Source: Eledone cirrhosa
Lineage: Eukaryota
Reading direction: 5' to 3'
NCBI GenBank assembly: GCA_964016885.1
Contig: OZ024741.1
Coordinates: 274,722,001-274,786,000 of the forward strand
Length of the DNA stretch: 64,000 nt
Shown here in pieces: positions 38,059 to 51,027 of this stretch (positions within the stretch are counted from its first letter, which is position 1; every line of letters starts with the position of its first letter). The notes beneath the pieces are model-generated. The model searched no databases. It worked only from the letters and a program-made list of their open reading frames with translations, and was not told where the DNA came from. Made by a program: the position numbers and the translations under genes.

Positions 38059-39743
38059 ATGACTGTAAAGCGGGGAAAAACAACAACCCAATCTAGCAAT
38101 ATTGTCATCAATGGTCTAACTGTTTCACCGATATCTGATGAGGACTGCTACAGATACCTGGGGATAGATGAGAACATATCCTATAATGGTATCTGTAATA
38201 AAGAACGCGTAACCAGGGAGTACTACACCCGATTAAGAAAGATCTGGTCATCGGAACTCTCTGCGCAAAACAAAACAGTGGCTCACAATGTGTTTGCTGT
38301 GCCTGTCCTAACACCAACGTTTGGAATACTCAATTGGACGATAGATGAAATCTGAGCAGTTGATGTTGGAACTCGAATAATACTGAACAACACCGGAAAC
38401 TTCCACATCAACAGTGACATAGACCGCCTTTACTTGAAACGTAAGCAGGGAGGCAGAGGCCTAACATCAGTCCAGACAACATTTGAATGTCGCATCATAT
38501 CTCTCCGACAACATCTACGAACCTCGAAGCGTAGGAGCCCGCTTCTCGAGCAAGTCTATCTGCATGAAACAGATAAGATCATCCAAGTTGGGAAAGAAAT
38601 CCTTGAGAGATATTCCCTGTGTGGTAATCAAAAACTCACACCCAGGGATGTCGCTCAGCAGTATCGCAGTGAATCCATGGATGAAAAACTGCATGCCTAT
38701 CAGCAAAAAATCATGCATGGATATGTTGCCAGGAAGCTCCAGAGTGAGAGTAATATAGATAAGGAAAGTAGTCTATCTTGGACCAACAACCGCTATATTG
38801 GCTCCCACTTTGAAGGATACGCTTTGGAAATCCAAAAACAGGCGATTAGCACGAAATACCTGATTCACAAAAGAGATAGGGATGCAGGCAAAACACCTAG
38901 ATGTGATAACAAGTGCAGACTCTGCAGAACTAACATCGAGGATATCACCCATGTCATCAGCAGCTGCCCAAAGATGTCATCGCGGTACTATCTACCTATG
39001 AGGCATGATGTAGTGGCCAAAACACTGTACAATGCAGTTCGTAAAAAAGATAGCCCCGATAATAAACACATTAAAAGCTACAACAATGTGGAAGACATCC
39101 ATGTACATAATATGAAAGAGTACTGGTGGAATGTTCCAGTAAAAACCCCAATCAAATGCAGGCATAACAGACCAGATATTATGATATGGGACAGGGAGAA
39201 GAAAACGTGCACAGTAGTGGAAATTAGCTGCCCAGCAGATGCCAATATAATATCAAAGATTAGTGAAAAGGAGAATATTTATGCAGAACTGATGAGAAAT
39301 CTGCAGATACTCCACCCTGATTACACCTTCAGATTTATGCCTGTGATTATTGGGGCACTGGGATATGTTAGTAACTGCCTCAATACAAATAGTGAGAAGC
39401 TAGGCTTCACAGGAACAGAAAGAACACAACTAGTTAGGAAATTACAAGTACAATCCATTAATTGAACAGTAAAAATATGTAAAACATTCCAAAAATTTTG
39501 CATCTAATAACTGCACATACACATGTACAGATACAAAGCATATACACATGCACACATACAACTCAAAACATACACATCCACACATACAATAACATCCATA
39601 TCTACACATGCATACATGCAGACATCCATACATATCTACCTAGTTGATGTTGTGTAAATTCCAATGAGAGAGTCTTGTGTCTATGTTAGAAACCGACTCT
39701 CTCTCTATTGGTAAAACTTTGTGAAATTATAAAACCAGAAGAA
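38059..39743 (+). mobile_element. 5'-truncated R4/Dong-clade LINE (family B): RT C-terminus + CCHC + REL endonuclease, with in-frame stops
   Basis: YRYLG, RLYLKRKQGGRGL, CRLC....EDITHVISSC, RHD, RPDIMIWD...EISCP and PVIIGALG. (TACA)n flanks. Confidence 0.93.
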
Positions 39744-39763
39744 CATACATACATTGATACATA

Positions 39764-40088
39764 CAGGAGAAAGAGGACATCTACGGACCATTGATGAGGA
39801 GTTTACAAATCCAGTATCCAAGATACACCTTTAGCTTCATACCCATCATTATTGGAGCTACGGGTTATATACCAACCCGCTTGGACCAATGTATAACTGA
39901 ACTTGAATTTGCGGACAAAGAGCGCAGCTCCCTAATTCATGGTCTACAAATGGCTGCGATAGCTGGCACCTTCAAAATTTGCAAAACATTCTTGCGATTC
40001 AAGGGATGACAATTTCTTTTCTTTTACAACCTTGCCACCAGGAAGGTGGCCGGTCAAAAAATACTCGAAATTAAGAGAAAGAGAGAAT
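39764..40088 (+). mobile_element. Short 3' fragment of R4/Dong family A
   Basis: Near-identical to 37737-38018 and retains a segment deleted there. Followed by (TACA)n. Confidence 0.9.
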
Positions 40089-40777
40089 ATACATACATAC
40101 ATACATACATACATACATACATACATACATACATACATACATACACACATACGTTCATACATACATATATGTTCAATATATCCCCTGATGATAATATAAC
40201 TAAAAAAATAATAAACGTATATTTATATAAAACGATAATCGTTGTTTCAGGTCCAATTATTATTAATAGTAAATAGATAAATCTTAATGTCATTTTTATT
40301 ATTTCATTATAAACTGATAAAGAGAAATATTTGAAAATGATATTTTCTAAAACAGTTTTGTGTTTTATGATATTGTCCTTTTCTAATTAACACAGAATTT
40401 TACTGTTGGTTCCGGTGGCGAGTGATCCTAAGGTTTGAACATCAGAACAGTGAAAAAAAACAAAAAACATACCGCTAACATACATCCCTGGCCCTTTTCT
40501 GTGTCCACATGTCAGGGGTTCGATAAAATTGCCTGACAGCTTGTCCCTGTATCTTCTAATCGTCTACTATAGCTTTGTTTTACGGGGCCGAAACACTCAT
40601 TTATTTGGGTAGTGGGGTTTCTTCTCTGAAGACCTTCTGCTGTGCAGCTCTCCTGGGAGTTTCTTACCACTACAACATTTTGAAATTGTGAAAAATAAAA
40701 TTAAAATTAAAATAAAACTCCTTAACCTGGCGTTTGCCTTTTGTCTTTCACTGTCTCCATTCAGTTAATTTTGTGGA

Positions 40778-41140
40778 CACCGCAGGCGGAATGGTTAAGG
40801 AGTTCGCTTCACAAACATTAAGTCTCAAGTTCGACTCCACACTGGATAAGTGACATAGCCTCGAATAGACTCATGCCTTATGAGTGAACTTGGGCTTCTG
40901 CCCAAGTTCACTCATAAGGCATGAGTTTGGCAGCCCGTCGGATGGACTGTACTTGCAATACAAAAAGTCAGCTTTTTCATACAGTTTCACGTTGAATCTC
41001 CCTGACAATTTACCTTAACGGTACGGTACATGTATCTGTGAAATACTTAGCCTCTTACAGGTTAATTTCATGAACAGAAGGTTAGCTTCGTTGATCGAAC
41101 AACTGGAAGAACACTCATCGTGGAAAGTGACGGAAATCCA
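40778..41140 (+). mobile_element. Degenerate tRNA-headed SINE with internal perfect hairpin
   Basis: A-box-like ggcggaatgg and B-box-like agttcgactcc. 27-bp-arm hairpin at 40869-40926. Confidence 0.55.
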
Positions 41141-41545
41141 TTCCGTTTTATTTTTCTCCTCTAACGTTTGAAATATATGATTTCTATGCTTTGATCAATT
41201 CAATCTTAATTATCAGTTAATTTATCGTGTAAATAATACGAGTGATATAAATCGGTTATATTTAATTGAACTGGTACTGAAGTCTAGGTTAAACTATACT
41301 GATATAGTGGCAACAGATGTAAATAGTGAATTAAATTTCACAGTAAAGGATATACCTTTGAAAATCAAAGAGAAAATTATTGCACCGGATATCGTCTGTT
41401 CCATTGAGATTTTCAAGTGAAGCGTTCAGTAATGGCTGCCATATTCCCTTCACTGGAAATGTCCTGCTGAAAGTTCGTAACTGACTTTAAATATTTTATT
41501 CCACCCAATACTCTATTAACTACACATAATGGATCTCTCTCATTA

Positions 41546-41654
<109 letters not shown>

Positions 41655-41757
41655 TATAAATATATACTATATATATACTATATATATATACTATATATAT
41701 ATATACTATATATATATACTATATATATATACTATATATATACTATATATATATATA

Positions 41758-41815
<58 letters not shown>

Positions 41816-41819
<4 letters not shown>

Positions 41820-42688
41820 TGAAACAAAATGAAAACGAAATTTCATTTCTCACTCTTAGTATGGCACTTACTTAAATGTAAGTATGCATGTATACGTACA
41901 TACATATATGTATACAGACGTACAGTAGCATGCACATATATATATATATATACACATATACATACATATGCATACAGGTACACATACATATATGCACGTA
42001 TCAGTTTAGCGGCGCTAACGTCGCTTTGTTCGTTTGTAAACAAACTGAACAGCCTGAATTTATGCCATACGGTGTTAAGGCAACCACGTCACCTTTTTGT
42101 TCAACACTGACACAGGAACGATGTACTAGTTTCAAGCTTGTTAGCTATCATCAGCACCGTTTACCCATCTGCCAGATAGTTGAACGTTCGAAAGTATATA
42201 CTTTCCTTATGAAAATTAACATTTAAGTAAGTGCCATACTAAGAGTGAGAAATGAAATTTCGTTTTCATTTTGTTTCAATTTATCGTTTTCGGTATGCCT
42301 GACCGATTTAACTCACTCAATATGCAAATTAGGCTGCTCAGCCGTTAATTTTCATAAGGAAAGTATATACTTTCGAACGTTCAACTATCTGGCAGATGGG
42401 TAAACGGTGCTGATGATAGCTAACAAGCTTGAAACTAGTACATCGTTCCTGTGTCAGTGTTGAACAAAAAGGTGACGTGGTTGCCTTAACACCGTATGGC
42501 ATAAATTCAGGCTGTTCAGTTTGTTTACAAACGAACAAAGCGACGTTAGCGCCGCTAAACTGATACGTGCATATATGTATGTGTACCTGTATGCATATGT
42601 ATGTATATGTGTATATATATATATATATGTGCATGCTACTGTACGTCTGTATACATATATGTATGTACGTATACATGCATACTTACAT
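41816..42688. mobile_element. Rearranged inverted module (A-B-A'-C-B') in (TA)n, probable PLE pLTR derivative
   Basis: 41879-42220 is the reverse complement of 42344-42688, and 41816-41878 of 42219-42282. Related copies at 53977-54980 and 56803-57010. Confidence 0.75.
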
Positions 42689-42988
42689 ATATATATATAG
42701 ATATAGATATACTATATATATATACTATATATATATATACTATATATATATACTATATATATATAGTATATATATATACTATATATATATGTAGATAAAT
42801 CTACCAAAATAAACGGTAGTGTCCAATCCGTATGAAGAACTCAATCTAATCCAAATATAGAAGATATCATGAAAAGAGAAAATGTATTCAAAATTTAACG
42901 ATAAAAATCATAGGAAAACAGAGTCAAAATAAATTAATAAAAACAATGAAATAAAAACAAAGAACAGGTTCCTTATATTAAAAAAAAT

Positions 42989-43131
42989 CATCATTTTACT
43001 ATCGTTTCTGGGATATATATATGTGTATGTTGGTATGTATATCATGTTAAAGATCTATGTAAAAAAATATTACAAAGTATCAGAGGAGATATACATACCT
43101 TCACTTATATATGCCATCTTCAGAAATGATG
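42989..43131 (-). ncRNA. Type I hammerhead ribozyme with ~108-nt extended stem II (family F)
   Basis: Minus strand: catcattt-CTGAAGA-[108 nt paired]-GAAAC-gata-GTA-aaatgatg. Perfect 8-bp stem I. Confidence 0.8.
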
Positions 43132-43399
43132 AAGTATGTTTATTGAAAGAAAGTATTAATACAAAAAGTCTGTTTGGGAACAGGTTTTGAATTGACCAAT
43201 AGAAAAGTTAGAGGTCAAGTTGATAGAATAACTGTAGTAGAAACTTAATGCTAGGAGTGGAGGAATGTAAATTTATTCTTTGAATGAAAAGAATGGGGAA
43301 GAGAAAGGTAGGGGTTAAAACGTGGTCAAGTTAATGATATAGTGAAGGATTCCACCAAAAAATTGATGTTATTAAAGTATGTTGTTAAAAGCATAGGGA

Positions 43400-43475
<76 letters not shown>

Positions 43476-43624
43476 CGAAGGAAATGTGGTAAGGAACCAG
43501 ATGGACCATAACGCACCAAAGTACTCAATACTTAGGGTAGTAGAGTGAGTAATATATATATATAAATCAAGAAAGCAGTAGACTACCTATAACAATAATT
43601 TGTTATCCCGTATATATATATATA

Positions 43625-43964
43625 CACTGTTGTCCCGGTATTCGCGGGAATTGCATTCCTAGAACACAGGCGAAGAGTGAAAAACCGCGAATATTGGTCG
43701 TGGTCCATAAAAATGCCTATAAACGTCAAAATATAACGTAAAATATAATAAAAAAAGAGGGAGCGTCTTATGCAAAGGGGCGTCCAATAGGCCGACAAAT
43801 ACGGTATATTGTTATTAATGATTTAGTGTTAAAGAGCCATTAAAAAAATCGCGGAAGATATTTACGATTACGCGAATATGCGGTGGTTTCAGCGTACATT
43901 AGTTAGGTTCCATTAGTTAGGTTATAAGGAAAATTCCGCGGATGCCGGGACCTGGGATACACTG
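43625..43964. mobile_element. Degenerate Tc1/pogo-type MITE
   Basis: Imperfect TIRs gtcccggtattcgcgg / ccgcggatgccgggac, in a TA context. Confidence 0.45.
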
Positions 43965-44029
43965 TGTGTATATATATATATATATAAAATTAAAATTTAG
44001 CTTCGACATATCTGTATACATCCCTGTAC

Positions 44030-45285
44030 TATATTATATTTTGAGATTAAACTCTCAGTCGTTTACAATTAATCAGCTCCAAGAAAGAGGCATTTCCGAG
44101 CAGTTAAATACATTAATATATATGATAAACACAAAACGTGTTTGCATTGTAACAGACAAAGTTAGCTATCAATGAAATAAACTAATTAAAGTGAATACAA
44201 TTTGTCTGTCTCGATATAAGTCAATAAAGACAAGCTTATATTGGCAAAAGCCGTGATTCCTGGACAAATCTAAATTTCAAAATCCAAACCCGCTCCGTAG
44301 ATGAATTTGAATTTCGAAACCTAAATATGTTTCGCAACGATGGTACATGAATTGAAAAATAAAGCGAATCGAAATGGAATTGAAATAAAAAGTGAAATAT
44401 CCAAATCTTCTGTGCTTATCAACAGGAATCCAGTAAAATTAGTACATTCCACCATCAAAAATTTTGCAGGTCTGACTACACGTGTGTGTAGCCAGGCCAA
44501 ACTAGCCGTCCCGTATTCCCGGTGCTAGAAATAACAGCCGTTTATGCGGGATTAAAGATCAGCTCTACAGTTAAGGAGCAATATACTTTTGCCAATATAA
44601 GCTTGTCTTTATTGACTTATATCGAGACAGACAAATTGTATTCACTTTAATTAGTTTATTTCATTGATAGCTAACTTTGTCTGTTACAATGCAAACACGT
44701 TTTGTGTTTATCATATATATTAATGTATTTAACTGCTCGGAAATGCCTCTTTCTTGGAGCTGTTAATTGTAAACGACTGAGAGTTTAATCTCAAAATATA
44801 ATATAGTATATTGCTCCTTAACTGTAGAGCTGATCTTTAATCCCGCATAAACGGCTGTTATTTCTAGCACCGGGAATGCGGGACGGCTAGTTTGGCCTGG
44901 CTACACACACGTGTAGTCAGACCTGCAAAATTTTTGATGGTGGAATGTACTAATTTTACTGGATTCCTGTTGATAAGCACAGAAGATTTGGATATTTCAC
45001 TTTTTATTTCAATTCCATTTCGATTCGCTTTATTTTTCAATTCATGTACCATCGTTGCGAAACATATTTAGGTTTCGAAGTTCAAATTCATCTACGGAGC
45101 GGGTTTGGATTTTGAAATTTAGATTTGTCCAGGAATCACGGCTTTTGCCAATATAAGCTTGTCTTTATTGACTTATATCGAGACAGACAAATTGTATTCA
45201 CTTTAATTAGTTTATTTCATTGATAGCTAACTTTGTCTGTTACAATGCAAACACGTTTTGTGTTTATCATATATATTAATGTAAT
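44030..45285. mobile_element. Rearranged inverted module (D-E-D'-E'-D'), probable PLE pLTR derivative
   Basis: 44030-44250 is inverted at 44585-44805 and again at 45140-45285. 44250-44583 is inverted at 44808-45140, giving mirror ORFs 44340 and 44864. Confidence 0.75.
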
Positions 45286-45410
45286 ACATACCTGTATATG
45301 AATTTCGTATATCTAAAGGTATACAGTATGTTTAATAAACAGTATGTTTAAATAAACATTTTGAAAGATCAGCTATGAATAGAAGGCTGACGGTCAGCGC
45401 CGTCTAGCGG

Positions 45411-45503
45411 ATTCCAGCAGAAGCAGCGGAGAATAATTGTCTATGCATTTCGAACTTAATGCTTCTCATCAGGACAGTGCTTCGCCTTGCTTACTGCTGG
45501 AAT
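45411..45503 (-). ncRNA. Minimal type I hammerhead (core 45438-45476) with extended stem I
   Basis: Minus strand: tgtc-CTGATGA-gaa/ttc stem II-GAA-ATGCAT-A-gaca. Outer pairing attccagcag/ctgctggaat. Confidence 0.82.
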
Positions 45504-45534
45504 TTGAAACACGCGAAAATATATAGTCGGTCTG

Positions 45535-46003
45535 ATTATTTGGCAGTATTGGTAGATAGATCTATCATAGTTACGTCCCTTTACGGTCTGAGTTCAAATC
45601 CCGCCGAGGTTAACTTTGCCTTTCATCCTTACGGGGTCGATAAAATAAAGTACCAGCAATGCATTGGGGTAATTGCTGGCCTTGTGCCAAATGTATTATA
45701 TTGGTGGATTGGCAGTATTGGTAGAGGGTTGGACGCCATGCTTTGCAGCAAATAGTTACGGCCCTTTATGGTCTGAGTTCATATCCCGCCGAGGTTAACT
45801 TTGCCTTTCATCCTTACGGGGTCGATAAAATAAAGTACCAGTAATACACTGAGATAATTGCTGGCCTTGTGCCAAAAGTAGAAACAATTATATTATATTA
45901 TAGCCGAGGTTAACTTTGTCTTTCATCCTTACGGGGTCGATAAAATAAAGTACCAGTAATGTACTGGGTAATTGCTGGCCTTGTGCTAATAGTAGAAACA
46001 ATT
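45535..46003 (+). mobile_element. Three tandem SINE family-1 copies (third 5'-truncated)
   Basis: 'gccgaggttaactttgcctttcatccttacggggtcgataaaataaagtaccag' occurs three times. Confidence 0.88.
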
Positions 46004-46283
46004 ATATCATATATAAATTTGGTATGTATCGATCAGTTTGGGCCCATGCCATGTCTAACTTAATAGTACCACCTGGCGATATCTTTCAAATCAAGATTTG
46101 GACATCATGGCCTACTCAAGTAGAGAGTTATTGTTTACAGTGACATATCCGTGTGTAGGAGGTTTATCTAGGATTTCCTAGAGGAATTTGTACAAAGACT
46201 TTTTGAATTTTAAGGTATCTGTTTCTGTTTTATATGAGCTGGGGTTATTATTAAAGAGAGCGGGACCAGTTGAGATAAAATAA

Positions 46284-46466
46284 ATGTTTCTACCTTTGGC
46301 ACAAGACCAGCAATTACCCAGTACATTACTGGTACTTTATTTTATCGACCCCGTAAGGCAAAGTTAACCTCGGCGGGATTTGAACTCAGAATGATAAGGG
46401 CCGTAACTCTATGCGTCAAAGCATGGCGTCCGACCCTCTACCGATACTGCCAATCCACCGCCCTCA
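46284..46466 (-). mobile_element. Full-length SINE family 1 with 16-bp TSD
   Basis: TSD agttgagataaaataa (46268-46283 and 46467-46482). A and B boxes on the minus strand. Confidence 0.92.
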
Positions 46467-47042
46467 AGTTGAGATAAAATAATATTGCCGTAATTTTGTT
46501 AGGAGATAGGGGTTTGATTTTTGATGTGGGCGGTTAGAAATGAATCAGGAGCCAATATATCAAATTAAAAAATGAAAAGACTCACTTTAATCCCCTATAA
46601 TTTAATGAGCTCAAGGAATAGATTCCGGGCTCTTTATAAGACAGTTAAAAAGAGAAAAATACACAAAAAGGTGTGTGTTCAGTTATAGGGGATTGAATAC
46701 TACCAGGTTGAAAACCATATGAAAGGAATGTAGAATACATATCAATTAAAAGAATAAATTAAAATGTACAGACCATTGTTTATAACTATATCTCCTGGAC
46801 ATGCTGTAAGTATGTTTCGGCGTAAATAAAGTGTAGAATCATACCGTTGACGGTTTATCAACAGGTGGATCAACAATACGATCCACATCCACATCACCAT
46901 GGGTTGTATAGCACACATGTTTTCTTTTTAAACCATGTGCGTATAATAGTTATCTGATATATTTTTAGAAGTGTGGATCTATTGCTTGAGCTCAGTAAAT
47001 TATAGGTGGTTAATGTGAGTCTTTAACTACGTTTTTTAATTT

Positions 47043-47186
<144 letters not shown>

Positions 47187-47365
47187 GGGTTCAATCGGGG
47201 GTAACCACAGTAAGTAAGGTACTCAATGCATAGCAAAATAAATATATTTAATAGAGAAATAGCCTCTACAGGACTAGAACTGTTTTATTCGAAGGAAATC
47301 CCCAAGAAAGCTTTCCTGGTGAATTCCTTCAAATGAAACAATTCTAGTCCTGCAGAAACCATTTA
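47187..47365. mobile_element. Family G pLTR-like module, fold-back centred on aagctt, degenerate HHR cores
   Basis: Homologous to 28820-28958. Confidence 0.7.
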
Positions 47366-47370
47366 TATAT

Positions 47371-49890
47371 GTGATTGATTGGTTCAACGGCATATGTAAC
47401 AAGGAACATTGCCGTTTTATCCAATTCGACATCAACAATTACTACTCCTCCATCACTTTACCACTTCTTAGAGCTATCAATTTCGCTAAAACACTCACAG
47501 TGGTTAAGGATTTTGAAGTTGATGTCATCCTTAATGCCCGAAAGTCGGTGATTAATTTCGACGACTCTATTTGGATTAAAAAATCCAATAGTACCCCATT
47601 CGACGTGAGTATGGGCACCAGTGACTCTGCGGAGGTTACTGATCTTATTGGCCTTTTCCTTCTTTTCTCTATCAAGGACGAATTCCCCAACGCGGGCGGT
47701 GCTTTGTACCGTGACGATGGTCTTTTGACCATGACTAAGTGCGGACCTCGTGCTTGCGACAGGTTCAGAAAAGAACTCACAGCCTTCTTTAAAGGCTTCA
47801 ACCTCTCTATACAGGTTGAGGCCAATCTCTCGGTCGTTAATTACCTCGACGTTACCCTCAATTTATTGAATGGGTTGTATTACCCGTATAGAAAGCCGAA
47901 TGATACGCTTAATTACATAAGTAAGCATTCCAACCATCCTGCCAGCATAACCAAGAACCTGGTAAGAAACGTTTCGTTGAGGCTTTCCCGTCTTTCCACC
48001 AACGAGCGCATTTTCAACGACCATTCCACTTATTACAATGAAGCTCTAGCTCGAAGTGGATTTGTCGATAAGGTAGCATATACATAGTACGAAAATAGAC
48101 CTAGAAGAAATAGATCCCGTCGCATTTGTTGGTTTAACCCACCATATAATATGGAGGTGGCCACACCACTAGCTAAGATCTTTCTTTCCCTTATTACGAA
48201 GCATTTTCCACCTACACATAAATATAGTAAAATTTTTAATAGAAATACTATTAAAATTTCTTACTCTACGACTCCTAACCTTGCACATAACATCACAGCT
48301 TCAAATTTAGCTAAACTACCCAGCCGTAGGAACACGTGCAACCCTGTAGGTAGTACTAACTGTAATTGTAGGAATCGGGCTGATTGCCCCCTATCCGGGA
48401 ATAGCCTCTCTAGTAACATTGTCTACAAATGTAAGGTTGTAACACCCACGTCCCGTAGGGCCTACATAGGCTTAACCGCCAATAGTTTCAAGCAGCGTCT
48501 TTACATGCATACCCATTCTTTTCGTTACCCTCTAAGAAAGAATATGACGTCACTTTCAGCTTATATCTGGAGTCTAAAAGACAACCACACCCAATATAAG
48601 TTACACTGGGAGATCCTAGCTAGGGCTAGATCGTATAACGGAAATAAAAGACCATGTGACCTCTGCGCCGCTGAGGCCCTGGAAATACTCTACGCTACAG
48701 ACCACATCATAAACAAAAAATCTGAGGCAATTTCGGCTTGTAAACATAAATTGCACAAAACTTTCCTGTATTACAGCCCCACGTTATACCCTAACGGATA
48801 GCACGATCTATACGTGGATATTTTACGTCTTGATGTGGGAGCTAATTATATGTTTTGTTTATTCCTTTACTTATTTGCATAGGTAAGTATATATTACCCG
48901 TATGTTTTGTGAAGGTATGTATACCTTCTCGTACGTATATTTGACTGTTATAGCGTATAATTTTTACATATTCTGGTATTTAGGGTTTGGCTATGTGTAT
49001 ACGGGAGTTTTGCGTCCGCGTGAGTGTGCAGGTTCGTACGTATGGTGGGTGTGTGTATATGTGTACTTCTTGTTTTAGTTGACTTACGTCTCCGAACATT
49101 CGTGTATTTATATGTAGGTATGCGTGTGCGCTTGTTATATACGTATTTATTTACTTATATACGTTTATATAATTATTTATTTATTTGTACACAAGCATAC
49201 ACACACACACATATTTATATGTGCGTGGTTTTGTATACCCATGGTAAGGTTTTGCGTATGCTTGTGTATGTACGTATCTGTTTGCGTGTATGTATTTATT
49301 TGTTCCTATTACTTCTGTATTGTATTTATTTACTTTGTTCTTAACTCTGTAGCGGAGATTCATTTGGTCTCCTAGTTAGAATTTTAGTCTACGATTTCTG
49401 CTATACCATTTACGTGGTTTTGTCTTTGCGTGCTATTGTTCTCCACGCTCCACATATGACTTATTATCTTCGTTTTTTCGTTCATTGCCAGAGAACGTCT
49501 CTATGCACCATCTAAGAGAACATTAGTCTACGACCTCTTTTATACCATAAACGTGGTTCTGTCTTTGCGCGTAATTGTTTTTCACCGCTCCTATTAATGA
49601 CGTATTATTCGTTTTTTCCCGTTCTTTGCCAGCGAACGTTACCACGAACCAAAGTATCGTCTTCCTGTCTTCCTCCGGTTGCAACGTTTTTTGAAATATC
49701 CAGTTCTGCGTTTACAGATTGACTTTGTTAGTTTCAGAAGATCCCGTTAAGGGTGAAAGCAGCGATTCTTTGCTTAAACTTTAATCTGTTATTTTAATAA
49801 ATATTTGCTCTACGGTTCTTATATATTTGATATATATTTTCCTTATCAAGCCCTCTTTGGATTTTAGTCTTCAATTTTATTATTATTACT
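47371..49890 (+). mobile_element. 5'-truncated Penelope-like element (Nematis-type): RT + GIY-YIG, long 3' UTR and pLTR
   Basis: FIQFDI..YY, MGT.DSAE.TDLIG, LYRDDG, YLDVT and SNHP. One in-frame TAG (48085-48087), then WFNPPY, CNCR....CPL.G, IVY...YIG, CDLC..E, NKKSE and CKH. Coding ends at 48801. Confidence 0.93.
49730..49780 (+). ncRNA. Hammerhead variant with CAGAAGA core in the Nematis pLTR
   Basis: agttt-CAGAAGA-t ccc/ggg t-GAA-agca/tgct-T-aaact. Confidence 0.65.
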
Positions 49891-49916
49891 ATATATATAT
49901 ATATATATATGTATAT

Positions 49917-50000
<84 letters not shown>

Positions 50001-50381
50001 TGATAGATATATAGATATATCGATAGATAGATAGATAGATAGATAAGCACACTAAGAATTTTACACGATGCGCCTTTCCAGCTTGACTTCACCAATGGCG
50101 GTCGATCGCACTCAGCGACCTGCCGTTGTATTAATAAAATATATCTAAACTTGATATATAAAGAGAAGAAGGCAAATCTCTAATTCCCTGACTATCTATA
50201 GAGATTCTATAATTCATCACTATGAACTGGGAATAGGATTCGTAAAATATATTTCATGTGGAAATATAAATAATACGAGAGTAAAGTATATTAATAAATT
50301 GTTTGCACTGAAAAAGAATTTCATAATATTAGTTTGTCAGAGTATCGAAATAATTAGTGCCTCTAACCAATCTCTGATCTG

Positions 50382-50415
<34 letters not shown>

Positions 50416-50498
50416 TTATATGTATATACAAACAAACACAAACACACATTTATATGTATATAAACACTACCTTATATACACATACTTTTGCTCACAGC

Positions 50499-50582
<84 letters not shown>

Positions 50583-50737
50583 GGAGTAGTTATAGTTTGT
50601 GTTGTTCACTTCCTAATTAAATAGCTCTGTTCTATACATAGAGCACTCTTCTTTCCTTTGCTTTTCCTTCGAATTTACCTAACATATATATATATATGAT
50701 AGTTTCAAACAGTGTCCGCAGAGCTAAGTCTTTAGAA

Positions 50738-51027
50738 CAGTCATGGGCAACCTGCGGCCCGCAAAGCTTTCTGAATGGCCCGCCTAGGTCACCTAAGTGA
50801 AATCTTTCTGATATTTTACCCCAACTTTTCAGTCGTAATTTATCTTTCTATCATTTTTACGATCGAGGAAAACAACGTGTAGGAATTCTGAAGAAATAAA
50901 TCAAAACAACCTGAGTTTCCGCCCCTTTTTTTAATGTGAGCACGAATGTAAATTAGCACTAGCGACCCGCCTGATGAATAGCCATATCTCATGCGGCCCG
51001 CTTCTAGAAAAGGGTTGCCTATGCCTG
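50738..51027. mobile_element. hAT (Charlie-like) MITE, second family
   Basis: TIRs cagtcatgggcaacc / ggttgcctatgcctg. Perfect 8-bp TSD ctttagaa. Subterminal tgcggcccgc motifs. Confidence 0.92.

Noticed and set aside
44340-45052. Duplicated 62-aa gene (and similarly the mirror ORFs at 41888/42338 and 52879/52944)
   Set aside because: Mirror ORFs arise from inverted repeats and contain no recognisable protein motif.
48085-48087. Programmed readthrough or selenocysteine in the PLE ORF
   Set aside because: The stop is TAG in a single truncated copy. Simple nonsense decay is more parsimonious.
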